A stretch of DNA of 63,858 bases, counting the filler, from Octopus bimaculoides (taxonomy: Eukaryota): the NCBI RefSeq assembly GCF_001194135.2. It is 6 parts of 6 records of this genome, joined end to end, with 100 filler letters (N's around TTAATTAATTAA, not from the genome) between each part and the next. Parts side by side here need not be neighbours in the genome. Positions count along the whole stretch, not along the records: positions 1 to 11,319 come from NC_068999.1; positions 11,420 to 42,784 come from NC_069005.1; 4 more parts are not named here. One strand, 5' to 3'. A model generated the notes under the pieces. It ran no database searches. It saw nothing but the letters and a program-made list of their open reading frames with translations, and was not told the origin of the DNA. This document shows, one piece after another, positions 1-14,280 of the stretch; position 1 is the first letter of the stretch, and every line of letters starts with the position of its first letter. Made by a program: the position numbers and the translations under genes.

Positions 1-529
1 TATATATATATATATATATATTTCAATCACATTCTCCGCTCCCTTTTCATATTTCAACAAAGGGGAATACACTCTACTAACTTTGATATTAAACCATTGT
101 GCTAATTCATTTCACGGTATATATATTGTCTTATATCTGTCGCTCCTTTATTTGAGCGATTCATTCTACAAGATATTTGCTGATCCAGTAGAATACGTCC
201 GCCCTCCAATATTAATAAATGCAGGAATAAACTTATTCACCGGCTGAACTATTTCAGGTTTCTCTCTTTCATAGCATAATATATAGTCTGATAAATACCC
301 TGTCACGTTTTTAAGTAGTGTATATGATTTCTTACAAGCATATAAGTATAAATAAGCGAATGTGTATGAAGGTTTATTTATATACTCATATATGTGTGTG
401 TGTGTCCGTGCGTGTGCGTACATACATATAATATGTATGCCTATATACATATCCATACGCATATTTATAAACATATATATACACGCATGTATATATCTAT
501 ATATATATACAAATATATACACACACACT

Positions 530-569
<40 letters not shown>

Positions 570-2011
570 AGTATATATATATATATATATATATATATAT
601 NNNNNNNNNNNNNNNNNNNNNNNNNNNNNNNNNNNNNNNNNNNNNNNNNNNNNNNNNNNNNNNNNNNNNNNNNNNNNNNNNNNNNNNNNNNNNNNNNNNN
701 NNNNNNNNNNNNNNNNNNNNNNNNNNNNNNNNNNNNNNNNNNNNNNNNNNNNNNNNNNNNNNNNNNNNNNNNNNNNNNNNNNNNNNNNNNNNNNNNNNNN
801 NNNNNNNNNNNNNNNNNNNNNNNNNNNNNNNNNNNNNNNNNNNNNNNNNNNNNNNNNNNNNNNNNNNNNNNNNNNNNNNNNNNNNNNNNNNNNNNNNNNN
901 NNNNNNNNTATATATATATATATTTATTTATATATACATAGTTGTAAAGCGTTAGTGACAAACCGGTGGAAGGAGATTTCATTGTAACATGCTTTGATAT
1001 GTTTCGTCCTTATAATATATTAGATGTCAGCTGAAGATGATGGAAAATCCCATTAGCACGAAATGTTGAATAGTTTGTTTTACAATACGTAGTTGTTAGA
1101 AACATTCTCTATTGGAATCCTCTCATCAATCGACTTATTCTTGTATAGTCCCTACGGTATCGGTTAGAATAGTTTCCTTGTAGATTAGAACGAAGTTATT
1201 TCAATCACCACCTTGGCTCTTATATCACTCTGATATTTCCGCCAAGTGCGTGTCAATGTGAATCTGTAATAGTTATGAATTACTTAAAAGGAGAGAATAG
1301 AGCTTTCTTTTACGCAAACGGTAGGCTGAATAAGCTGCATCATTCGTATGTATTAACAATACTTGTAAAGGTTTCAAATTCTCGATATCGGCCTTCCATT
1401 AAAATCTATTGTCACCCCTTTAACACCGAAAATATTAATAACACCAATACTACCTGGAGCTGCCAAATCTATCATAGTATTCGACAATGATCCCTTTTGT
1501 TCATTTTACCCATCAATACATTCTTATGTACCCCGGTTGCCTACCGTAGACTCATTGATTATACATTGTTCGTTCTGCACGCAACTGAATCAATTCAAAA
1601 GTTACTATCACGCTTCTCTTCTTGGAAGTCTATTTCGGCATATAACGCGCCTTTTATTTTGCAGTTTATTATTAAGTTGATCGGTATTTCTCTCCCTTTT
1701 TCACGTTCTTAATTTCTCTCTATTATACATTATTGCATTTCATAAAATAGAAAGTACCTATATGAACGATTATATGCAAACATGGACATGCAAAATGCGT
1801 GCCACAATATATGCGCATGTGCTTATACACACAAACGCGCGCACACACACACGCACATACGCACACACACATTTATATAGATACAGAGAGAGATGGATAG
1901 AAAGATAGATAGAAATATATATATAGATAGATAGATAGAAAGTTAGATAAATGCATAAATAGACAGACATACAGATAGACAGACAGACGGATAAATAGAC
2001 AGATAGATAGG

Positions 2012-2065
<54 letters not shown>

Positions 2066-2995
2066 TAATAAGCCACAATGAGGATATTTAAATCTCTTAT
2101 AGGGAATTTTATCCAAGATACATTGATTTAATATATTAAATTTTGAAGAGAAAATCCTTCAATGAATATATTATATAGAANNNNNNNNNNTATTAAATTT
2201 TGAAGAGAAAATCCTTCAATGAATATATTATATAGAATATAATGAATATATCATATGAATACAAATAAATTTATTAATTAATCAACACGTCAATCAACGA
2301 TAGTTTCATTTCTCAAATAAGATAAAAATTACAAAGCACATCTAAGAATATTCTTTTGCATTTTAAATACCTTATAAAGAAAATCATCAGGGTTTTCAGA
2401 GGACAATAATGAATACATTAGGATACTTTCAGAATATACATTATATATCAACATGTTTTGTATGCATGCATTTTTAGGTGTGTTTGTGTGTGTGTGTATA
2501 TACTCATGTGTACAATTATTCCCGTTATTTCAATTTAATAATAGTAATATTAATATAGATTAAATAAAATATGACTAACTTAATGAATTAGAGAAAGTAA
2601 GAGTTAACGAAAATGAAAATAAAAATAAAATTCCTGTTCATGGAATGAAATAAAGTAAAAGTGAAACAAAATTTAAACCTATGTTTACACATGCGTTTGC
2701 GTATATGCGCCTACGTGCATTCATACAAGTATACACACGCACGAGAGCACACACACACACACACGCACACACACACATACACACCCACATACACACACAC
2801 ATACACACACACATACACACATGCGTTTTCGTCTTAAGTTATTATATTGGTGTTTAGGTATGCAATCATTATGGTGAGAGGTTATTAAAATATATATCAT
2901 CTATATTTATCTAGAAAGGTATATTTAATACTTTTGTTTGCTTATGTTTCTATGCTTATCCACATAGATGTGTGTGTATGAGTATATCCTATCTA

Positions 2996-3041
<46 letters not shown>

Positions 3042-5429
3042 TACGCACATGCACACACACATAAATACTCTTACACACACACACACACACACATATATTT
3101 ATACATATATGCGCGCGTGTGCGTGCGTATGATTTATATATTTCGTTCTAAAATGATTCCAATATATCTTAACCGTATATGGATATTATTGAAAGTAATT
3201 GTTTTAATTATTATATTTATTACTAGTTATTATTTTATAAGATCACATATTCATACATTTAGATGGTGTACTTAATATTCATATTTGGGCTTACTCTATA
3301 CATTTATGTTTATTACGTGGATTTATTTGGTGTATTACATGATTAAAACTGATTTCATTGATAGATATTTAGTATTTTCATCTCAATTAAAATGTATAAT
3401 GTTATACAGCTACTTAATACGGGTCAATACACAATTTTACTATTACCATTATTATTAAACTGAATGTTAAATAGTGCATAATCTAACGTAACATGGTGTA
3501 TGTTATTTATGATTATACAATGGTAGCGTTGTAAGTAGAGGTATACTAAACTATATTAATTGTACCTAAATTTTAATTCATATCTTCCAAAAATGTGTAT
3601 TGAAATTAAGATGCATTATGTTATTTGGTTAACAAGTGGATATCAATGCTCTGTATTAGTGTTATTAATTAATAAGTAATATTACAATTATAAAATACAT
3701 ATTTAAATATTACATAGTGCAATGTTGTATACGTTATATTTATTTATGCTAATATCCTAGTAAGTTTAATGTCCATATATATAGAGAAGGCGCGTGTGTA
3801 TGTGTTTGCCTGTGTATTTGTTTGCGTGCGTGTGAGTTTGTGTGTGTGTGTGCGTGTGTGTGTGTGAGTGTGTGTGTGGGGGGGGGAGAGAGCGAGACAG
3901 AGAGAGAGAGATAAATGGATGAATAGGTGAATGGATAAATACACACATGTTTGCGTATGTGTGTATTAGTAATTTGTTTTGCTTAACCACTCCTGTGCCA
4001 ATGAACCCCCGTTCACATCTAAGACTATCTTCACCCGATTAATATAAATGCTACTTAAATATCCGAGTAACGAAGCGAGGAATTTATCAACTTTTTTTCA
4101 GCTTATGCGGAGTCATTTGTAATGAGATGTACCCGCACACATATATACACACATGCACATATACACTTGTTAGAGTACTAGCATTTTTACAAGTAAGTAT
4201 ACATATGCTTGTGCCAGAATCTCTGTCTATGGTGACACGGAGGAACGTTCATCGAAATGAACAAAGACTTTGGACAGAAGCTGTTATGAAAACAATATTG
4301 TTAGTATTTCACGGAAAGAATTTGAAGAAATAAATAAATAATAAATAACAGCTATCTCATTGAAACAGATATTTCCATCTCTACAGCCATAAAAGTAAAA
4401 GAATGCTTGTGCCATTAGATATACTACCATATAAGTTCAGATAAGGGTTAAAGAACACCTCTGTCGTAATGTTTCTTCCGTCAAAAACTACCGACGGAGA
4501 TGCCACAGACAAGACATCGAAGTTTCCATTGAAGCTGCTGGGAGAAATATTGGAAACTTGAAAATAATGGAAGCTAATTTAGTTAAGTACATTGTGGGAA
4601 CTAATAACATATCTAAACTTGACGCAATTAAAGGATACTACGTCAAGTATTAAAGGATACTTCCACGCACACACACACACACTACAGAGCATGCTGTAAA
4701 AATTTTTCTCATCCACACTCTGTAACAAAACGTATAACCTGCTGAAGCTATTCTTTGCAGCCTCCGGAACACCGTGGTTCAACCAGATATTCAAATATCA
4801 AATACATGGACAGACTCACACACGCGTACACGTATAAAAGAGGCACCTTAGATGCGGTTCTTTTATACGACAAGGTTGAAATGCAAAGTGGAATATATTT
4901 TGATAGAAAACCGTAAATTAAAACAGTTGAATGGAAATATTACATCAGATAACGATGTAGAAGACGAGAAATATACATCATTTTGTGCCACAAAAATTAT
5001 GGTGTTCATACAGGCCTTCTCAGTGTATGACAGTGTCAATGAAAGTGAATAAACTAAATCCAATTCGTGCTTTGAATTACAGTATTACTTGTTCTTCTGT
5101 TGTTCTCATTACTTATTTGGTCGGGGATAAGAAGACTTTCTGACCACCCTGTACATTCTTCCATTGTCTCCCCTGATGCTTCCAATATGTATACGTGTAA
5201 TGATAAAATGAAAATAAGATAGCCAAGAGAATTTAGTAGTGAATTTATGAAAGTGTAACAATATGAATGATTTGAAGAACAGTAAAAAAAATAAGTAGAT
5301 TGATTACATAACTTATATATTTCCTTCATAAGGCTTCATGGAGAAAATTGTGTAATTCAAGAAAATTTGATCCGCTTTTCAAAAAAAAAATTACGACGCA
5401 TCAATTCATACACATATTTACAAACACAC

Positions 5430-5471
<42 letters not shown>

Positions 5472-7639
5472 ACACATACATACACACACATATATTCATA
5501 TATGAGTGCGATCGTGTGTATGCCCAGGTATGTATATATGTGTATGTATATACGTATCTATACATATTTTTCTATTTCTGAAAATAGCAGTCTTATTCAA
5601 ATATACTATGGAAACATCGGTGTTCATTTGCTAGAGGATCATTTGTCTTGCTTTATGTTATAAATTATTTTCAATTATTAAGCACATATAACTTCTGGCT
5701 AGTCTTACAAACGAAACTTTATCAGAATATCATTATCTTTCCTGTAATGATTGAGCTAGAGGTTATATTTGACATTGAACAATATTTTTTTCTCCGTAAT
5801 GCTATGGAGGGATTCATACAGAGATCTCCTAGCCGTGACCATTTTACTGACTTGAATATTTTTTGTCCATAGATTATATACTTAGAATAATTGTCACATG
5901 ATGTATCCTGCTGTGAAAAGGATAATATTATATAACTTGAGGGAGATAAGTCTACTATTTCTAGCAACGCAAACAGTAATGGATTTGTTAGTAGGGAGAG
6001 AATGCAATGTATATGAAAATTCAAAGTAGTCGGCTAATTATTCAAACATTCAATTCTATAGATTCGGTCTGTTGAGATATTCAAATTGATTACTGCCTTC
6101 ATTTTTGAAGTAGGAGATGAAACAAATGTACGCAGTCTGTATGGAAATGATATAATAATAAATAATCCATATTTTCAACACGAAATATGATTGAGGCACA
6201 AGGTTATCTTTGATGTGAGGAGACATATATTATATGATAACTGAAATGGAATAATCTGATTATGTCATATATAACAATAGAAAGTCGCGAAAGGTTCACA
6301 ATGAGTGAAAATCATTTAGAGACAGCGTTAATCAATAACTTCTTAGCGATAAATGTATTCTACAACATGCATTAAATACACTTTTTTGTTTATGAATATA
6401 TGTGTATGTCTGCCCGTCTATGTTTGAAAGAGTGACTGTGTTCCTATCACTACAGTCTCTTGCATTTACAAGATTTTTTCATAATGTTTTGTAGTTCTTC
6501 ACTTCTTTATAAAGAACTAACATAATATTTCTCAATACTTTTTGCTGTCATTTTAAAATACTTAATTCATTATTTTAAAATGACAAAATTAACATCAGCC
6601 AACACTTTCCAAAGTGTCCATTGTCATGCACTTATATTGGACTCTACCACCATGATTTCATTATCATAATGAAACTTACGTCCAGGGGAAGTGATGCCTG
6701 TACACACACCGACATAGATCTCTCTCTGCCCTGTAACTCAGAGCTTATATTATGTCTATATAGCTGCATAAAGACATTGATTGCAACACAATAACAATGT
6801 GTAAATGTTAGTACTCTGTAATCTACTAGAGATACAGGTGAGGACGTGATATTTGAGGAATATAACAATATAAGTTTCTCAACATGTCGCACCAAAACTG
6901 CAATAACAGAAATGTAGTTCGAGTTATATTGAGGTACACTCTTTTCTTTTTCAATTACAGTCGAAATTTTGCTGAGAGTTGGACGTGCCAGTCGGAAACT
7001 GAGTATGTCTCCGTATTTAACCCATTCCTATAGGCTTTTAGCAAGAGCCGAAGTATAATTTTGCAGTTACTTAATATTCTTTAGATAAAACCTCACCTTG
7101 AGCCCTCCATGTTGATTATTTATGAAATAGAAGATACTAAGAAGAGGAGGAAAACAATATCACAAATGTCTATGAAGAATACTCAAATGAACCCTATGTT
7201 TACATGGAATTGAAGTAAATTGAATTCTATCAGAGAGAAACATTGGTCAATGAAATGACCAACTTCAACATACTACTTCATAGTTCAATATGAATAACAA
7301 TGGTACATAAATGTCATTCCAAATCTGAATAAATACGATATTCATTTATATTGAATATTATTAGACGAAGTGTGGGAATGATAATGCGCGAGTTGTGCCA
7401 TTTCGAGATCTTATCTGGTGTTAAGCGATAGCCATACTGTCAAATGAAATTTTTAATCACCGTAATTGAGCAAATGGACGTAAATAATTTTCCAATATAA
7501 ATATAATCTTCAGTCTTGAAAGTATGAAATATATGCTTTCGTGTTTATGTGATATGAAAAAGGCAAAATGTATAAATCATTAAAACCAAAAGTTTAAGGC
7601 ATCGTCAGCTTGAATGCTCTAGAGAATGTGTCGGGTCTA

Positions 7640-8080
7640 CTATAAGGTATTGAGATATTAAAGAAAGAGACGGAACGGTTATTGGAAACAACCAGATCTA
7701 TACAAAATCCCAAACAAAGCAGCCATAGCAGCAGTGAAAATACGAATATAAAAAGAACCCAGATAGAAAAAATAGACACTGACTTCAAGAACAAAACATT
7801 TTTCAGATAAGTGAGAGATAAGAGGTGGAAGATTAGAAATGCATGTAATGCTACGACAGACAAGAACACTACTATACGTATGAATAGATCCGTTGTATTT
7901 TTTTGCTGAAAAGAGTATTTTAAACAGCTTCCTCCCATCTCTCACACAAGATGGATGGTGCAAAAATTCGAGGAAAGATAGCAAAGCAAGAATAAAACAA
8001 AAGGAGTTAAGGAATAAAATCCAGAAAGCCCCTGTTGTTTAAAACATCACAGTTGAAATACTAAAAGTAGAAGTGTATGT
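7640..8080 (+). mobile_element. Highly degraded non-LTR retrotransposon (LINE ORF2) fragment
   Basis: Manual translation gives stop-interrupted KEYFKQL and ELRNKIQKAPVV*NITVEILK, resembling the WKEYFxxL and KAPGxDxIxxELLK motifs upstream of LINE RT domains. Confidence 0.4.
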
Positions 8081-8439
8081 TTAATATGTGATAACATTTA
8101 GTATTTTCATGAACTCTGTGAAGTCTCCAAAAGGTTAAACATGTAGGTTGAATTTATCAAATGATAGCAAGCGAAACGCGTGAACTAAATTCGTTTTCAC
8201 TCTTGACGTTACAAAGAAGAATGTCAGTAGAAGTCTGTAGAAATAATGAAAATAATATCGAAGAAGCAATATTTTATAGCCAGATCGATACAAGGGTGAG
8301 ATACGTTCGTAGGCTGACGATGAATGAATGATGCTGGAGCTGTGATGTTTTGTGTGCATTATTTTCAAATATTCTTATAAGTAACTGCTTATTTTTGTTT
8401 CAGTTTTAGCTGTTTGTTCAAAGAAAATTTCAAAAGTAA

Positions 8440-9200
8440 CTAGTAGCGAATTCTGTTGCAATTGAACAAAATTTGGCATCGTGCTGTTATAAAGTAATGA
8501 CAGGAAAACGGATTTAGCACTCAAGGCAATTTGTGCACAGATAGTTGCTACATTAGGGGATGATATCGCAGGTTTATTAACAATGTGAAAGTTGGCAGCT
8601 GAAATTCAGAGAGGAAGGGATTGTCTTGAAGGCGACCAAATGTCTGGACACCTTGCAGCTGCTAACATCAAGAAAAAAAAATAATTGATCATCTTCACCA
8701 CATGGTGATGGATAGCAGGTGATTGACTATATATATATAATAGTCAATGTTATTAGAATATCTCATGAGAGAGTTGTGAATATTTTGCTCAATGAGCTTG
8801 GCATCATAACGACTGCTGCTCGGTGTAAGCCATATTTCTTGACACCTGATCAAAAGTGAACAAGACTGATCCCCTTTCTCAACAGGAGCGGTCGTAATTG
8901 CCATATTGGTAATTATGATAGATTCTTTCGTGTCAGAAACAATTCTTATAAATCAAGAGTTTATGTTGCATGGATAGAGTTTGTGTATATACGTCCGACC
9001 GATTTTGCAACATCTGACTATCATATATACCTCAACATGGAAAAGCACTTGACTGAGAAGCAGATTTGCAGTTATGATGTCATATCTGCTGTTGAAAACT
9101 GCTTTACCGAACAGGATAACATTTTCTTCACCAATGAGATTTAGTAACAGCAACACCGAACGTTATCGACTACAAGATGCAGTACGTTGAAAGTTGAACA
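8440..9200 (+). mobile_element. Degraded mariner transposase remnant
   Basis: Frameshifted pieces IWHRAVIK (N-terminus), CKPYFLTPDQK (WVPHxL-like) and YIRPTDFATSDYHIYLNMEKHL (YSPDLAPSDY-like). Confidence 0.6.
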
Positions 9201-11288
9201 ATAAATCTTATAGTGGTCACATTTCATAAGATTATCGTGGTCAGACTATGAACTTTTCATCAGATATAGCTGCAGTTGTATATNNNNNNNNNNNNNNNNN
9301 NNNNNNNNNNNNNNNNNNNNNNNNNNNNNNNNNNNNNNNNNNNNNNNNNNNNNNNNNNNNNNNNNNNNNNNNNNNNNNNNNNNNNNNNNNNNNNNNNNNN
9401 NNNNNNNNNNNNNNNNNNNNNNNNNNNNNNNNNNNNNNNNNNNNNNNNNNNNNNNNNNNNNNNNNNNNNNNNNNNNNNNNNNNNNNNNNNNNNNNNNNNN
9501 NNNNNNNNNNNNNNNNNNNNNNNNNNNNNNNNNNNNNNNNNNNNNNNNNNNNNNNNNNNNNNNNNNNNNNNNNNNNNNNNNNNNNNNNNNNNNNNNNNNN
9601 NNNNNNNNNNNNNNNNNNNNNNNNNNNNNNNNNNNNNNNNNNNNNNNNNNNNNNNNNNNNNNNNNNNNNNNNNNNNNNNNNNNNNNNNNNNNNNNNNNNN
9701 NNNNNNNNNNNNNNNNNNNNNNNNNNNNNNNNNNNNNNNNNNNNNNNNNNNNNNNNNNNNNNNNNNNNNNNNNNNNNNNNNNNNNNNNNNNNNNNNNNNN
9801 NNNNNNNNNNNNNNNNNNNNNNNNNNNNNNNNNNNNNNNNNNNTATATATATGCGTGTGTATGAATGTATAGATATGTATACGTATATGTGTCTTGATAT
9901 ACGACGTCGTGTGGACAAGATCTTGGATTTGAATATTTCCCTTTCAGATTAACACATTGCAGCAGTCCATAGTCCACAGTTCTTCAGTTTGTCAATACTC
10001 TGTAAAAGAACTCGGAAGGTTGCGTTTCCAGTTCTATCGCTATATCGTTAGAGCCAGGAGCATTTTAGCACTCTCCAACTATGTGGGTGAATATATGTAT
10101 ATATGTGTATATGTTGGTTTGGATGCATAACTATCACAAAACATATTTTCTATTCATAAAATAATTCTACTTAATTTTTACTTTCCTTTGTTACTGTTCG
10201 AACGATTTCCATTGTTTTTCTTAAGGAAAATAATTAATGGAAATAATATGATAACGAATTGACTGAACTGCGCTACATGAATACAGTTGACAGATGGCGT
10301 TGTAAACCAAGAAAGTTTTAATGATGTCTAGCTAGATACATTTATGAGTTGCGAATTCACATCGGCGAATTTACTTATGTATAAAATCAAAACATGCTAT
10401 TGTAAATTGCCTTACTTCAACTATTTATACAGTGCATGTACTACGTAATCAAAGTATGTAACATCAGATAAAGTGATGTCATAGCCAGGGAAACATTTAT
10501 CAATTCTCTCCTTATCGCTATCAAAGTAGAGCGATCATTGGTCTATAAAAGAACTTCGTCGGTAAAGCCGTAATCATGCTCGTATTCAATTATATTCCTA
10601 TTTATGCTACAGATCATGTATGATATGCAGGTTAAGACCTTGTCAGTCTGTTTCTATAGTAGTTACCACTGCAACTCATAGTGATTATAGAAATTATGCT
10701 CAGTGAATATGTGCATATAGATAATTGAATATTCACTAACAATTCAATGATGATTGCCTCAATAACTTGAATGATATTAACCATATCATGTAAATATTTG
10801 TATATTGATACATGCTTTAGATGTTACTCCTCTTCTCTCACTTTCATAATAAGCTATATATGATTTAAGAAACAATGTATGCTGCCAGCTACAAATATTC
10901 ATCTGATAGACATATTCACTTACACAAAAATCTGTGGAATACATAATTTATTACTATTGCACATCTCAGTACATCAGAATATATTCCACTTCATTGTTTC
11001 AAAAAGTGTTGTACCTCGGTGGCCAGTTAATTTAAAGGAGTTATGCATTCCTACATAATGTTTGGCAGTACTGGAAGTTTTAAATTTAAAATCATGGAAG
11101 AACAAGAAAGAGACAAAGACTATACGTTTTATTTATTGTATTTATTTTATTTACTTATGTTGAGTATCTTCAACTTACTAGATTTCTGCAATCCAGTATA
11201 GTGATGGTCATCTTGCGTTTGGGTAAACATGTCACTTATGAAAGTAGAACCAGTGTGTCCATGTATATTAATTATATACGTGTGTAAC

Positions 11289-11319
<31 letters not shown>

Positions 11320-11790
11320 NNNNNNNNNNNNNNNNNNNNNNNNNNNNNNNNNNNNNNNNNNNNTTAATTAATTAANNNNNNNNNNNNNNNNNNNNNNNNN
11401 NNNNNNNNNNNNNNNNNNNGGTCATCGGAAAATTACAGGTTGTAATTGTGTTGACAATCTGGTGGATATAAATAATTTCAGTGGAGCGACTTCTCTCTAT
11501 TCATTAGCCTGACTTGGTGCAGTTGAGTTATGTCCCTGTCTCCTAAACAACCGCATCCATGTCAGTTAAACTAATTAAAAGTTCATTAACTAACTCCAAG
11601 TGATGTAAAATTAAGAAACAAACCATTAACACTCACAAAAGAAACAAAAAAAAAACATCAAATATATACAAGTTTACGTATATAGAAGAGCAAACACGTA
11701 GATAGCAAGTATAAAGAGAGAAAGAGAAAGAGGTGACATATCACTTGCATCTACCTGTCAATCTATTTACCTGTCTATACACACACACAG

Positions 11791-11822
<32 letters not shown>

Positions 11823-12135
11823 ACATATTATATATACATAAGCGCATATATGTTTATACACTTGAAATATATATATATAATATAGTACATGTTTGAATAT
11901 ATATATAAATATTCTGTACATATATAAATATATATATCATATATAACATCTAATTAAAGGTTATTTTATTTTCACTGGATTGACATCAATATGCTGAATA
12001 TTTGGATATTTTAAATCTCTGGTGACTTGAGTTCTACGACTACCATCATATATACATGAATGCACACATTCACATGCAAACACAGTCATATGTAAATATA
12101 TACACATTCCACGCATACATACCTGAATATATAGA

Positions 12136-12166
12136 TATATATAAACTGACGAACTGAGTGTTCAGT
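12136..12166 (+). promoter_or_regulatory. Candidate core promoter (TATA plus TCAGT initiator) for the short SLC6 first exon
   Basis: TATATATAAA at 12136-12145 and TCAGT at 12162-12166, about 100 nt upstream of the ATG at 12268. The AT-rich context raises the chance of coincidence. Confidence 0.35.
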
Positions 12167-12267
12167 ACAGAAGCAGAGTGTTAGTATTTATTATATATAA
12201 CGCCGAGAATAGTTATTTAACGGATTATCGAAAATATAATTTGGATCAAAAACGTGATAAATATTTC

Positions 12268-12306
12268 ATGATGTCCGACGGAAAAGCAATAGAAGCAGCA
12301 CCAGAG
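12268..12306 (+). CDS. Candidate first coding exon A of the SLC6 gene (MMSDGKAIEAAPE)
   Basis: ATG ATG ... GAG followed by a perfect GTAAGT donor in phase 0, matching the phase-0 acceptor at 19316 and giving [21 protein letters not shown]. Confidence 0.5.
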
Positions 12307-13579
12307 GTAAGTGTGGTTACTCTTTGATGAAATGGTTTTCTGTAATTTGTGTTCTGTAAATGTGAAGTCTCATTTGATTGGAAAAATATGGCATTGTAGA
12401 ATTTCTCTGTTTGCTTTGTACAAGTACGAGGACTTGAACTTAGCAAAGTAAGCGAATGAGACAGTATTTAATGCAATGGTTTGCACCACCTCATGGTGCC
12501 TGTTTACTGCAAGACACTTTCACCCTTAAGAGTCAATTAATTTAAGATGTACTGGTTCCTGGCTATAAATTTTCTATCCTCCAACTACACGCTCATAGTT
12601 TAGATGTCTTACATATGTTTTGCCAATCTGTTTAAATCTCAGTTTCTATTTCTAGTTGACATTTTTTTACCCCACATGTCACATTATCACAATTTGTATA
12701 GGGCGGATTGACATAATCGTTGGAACATTGGACAAAATATCAGTCGTATATATTCCGGTTCTCCACATTCTGATTTCAAATCATGCTGCGGTAAAATTTG
12801 CCTTTCGCCTCTCAGGAGTTGATAAAATAAAGTACTAGTTATATATTGAGGACCGATTTACTTCACTAACCCCTCCTCCCAATTGCTGTTCTTGAGTCTA
12901 CATCAGAAATGATTTTTACAACAATGTTCTCTATTTCCAACAAAATCTTTCTCTTTTATTAAAAAAACATGTCTGTGTGCAACTTTTCTGCCCAAGTAAC
13001 ACAACTGATTAAATCTGATGTACTCATAACTGCCAATAGTTACATGAAAAGTGTTTCTGGTTATTAAATGCTCTCAGAACAATTGTAAACTATTTGGAAT
13101 GAATAATCGTCTCGTTCCTTATGAACAATGTCTACCATGCAGACGGAATACACAATCTGGGAGTAGAGACAAAGCTTGTCTACACAATCCCGGTTGTATA
13201 CATGTGGAGAATGAAAAATATTCTTTCCATCTGATCTGAACATTTCAGGCAACCCTACTTTCCCCACAATGTTAACAGTTCAGTATAACAGCATTGTTGC
13301 TGTTGTTGTTGTGGTCGTTGTTTTGCACCGGGTCACCTTCACTAAGCTGACTTATGGCCAAAAGTATCCCAGCAGTGATCATCCCGTCTTTTTGCAAATT
13401 AAAAACTACTTTGTTCAAGGCAGCCTTCCCTTTTCTAAGACAGTAAGGTGATTGAAGGAGTTTCGCTGTTGTTTCTAATAGGCCGGGTGACCTCGGAGAG
13501 GCTTCCTCATTGGCTCAAGGCTTTTATTTATTGTTGTCGGTGGCAGAATGGGCCCAGGAGAACCTGGGCCCATTCTGTT

Positions 13580-14280
13580 AGATGTATAGTGATATGCTGA
13601 AACTAAAATAATCTAGAACGGTTATAACTGCCTCTCCTTAAATGTCTCAAAACTTCTGGAATGCACCTCGTGTATGGGTATTGTGTTTATGTTCGTCTAT
13701 GATATTACGGTTGGCTAAATATTTCCTGTTTTCTTCTCTTTTCTATTCATTCACAATTAGGAATACAGTTATAATGAAAAAACTTATTTTTGTTTCTCTG
13801 TCTGGGTATATAGAGGAGGGGTTTATTTTCATGAATAGTTAATTATTAGGTACGGTATTCTATCTCTTCCACGCCTTCTTTTAACTGTTTCTTCCTTTTC
13901 TTCTCGACTTATTCACCTTTTTCTTTATTTTCTTATTTGGAGCATTTGCACTTTTTATCCCTACGCTCTAATTCTTAACTGCTATGTCCTTCATTCACCT
14001 GACCATCCCTAAATTTAACCCTTTCATACCACCTTTCTCTCTCCGCCTTCTCTTTTTACTCCCTCACCATCCTTCCATTTCCCCTTTTTCTTCTCTTCCT
14101 TATTCTCAGACGAACCGTAAAACCCCGAAACATATTTTATACTCATCACGACAATATAACTTATAGAAAACTTTAATTTTGAGAACCACAGACACGCTGT
14201 CTGCTCCCTCTGTTTCGTCAATCGATTCTTTGCAATGACTGATTCTCGGAGTAAACTACTTACTTACAACCCCCACCCGC
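13580..14280 (-). mobile_element. Degraded LINE (endonuclease region) fragment
   Basis: Purine-rich minus strand with stop-ridden, AP-endonuclease-like peptide pieces (EGADSVSVVLKIK; YIVVMSIKYVSGFYGSS). The match is weak. Confidence 0.3.

Noticed and set aside
2134-2237. 47-bp direct repeat either side of a 10-N gap
   Set aside because: An unmerged contig overlap; assembly artefact.
166-3990. ORFs rich in YI, HT, CV and LSIY
   Set aside because: Translations of (TA)n, (CA)n and (AGAT)n microsatellites and N gaps. The same applies to similar ORFs across the window.
4440-6030. Several 60-100 aa ORFs on both strands
   Set aside because: No family motif and no consistent exon chain. TACAGGGTGGTCAGAAAGTC (minus strand, near 5135-5154) looks more like a Tc1/mariner-type end.
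11364-11375. TTAATTAATTAA islands inside N runs (also 42829-42840, 55774-55785, 61134-61145, 62667-62678)
   Set aside because: An identical 12-mer centred in equal-sized N blocks with stops in all six frames; a scaffolding linker artefact, not biology.
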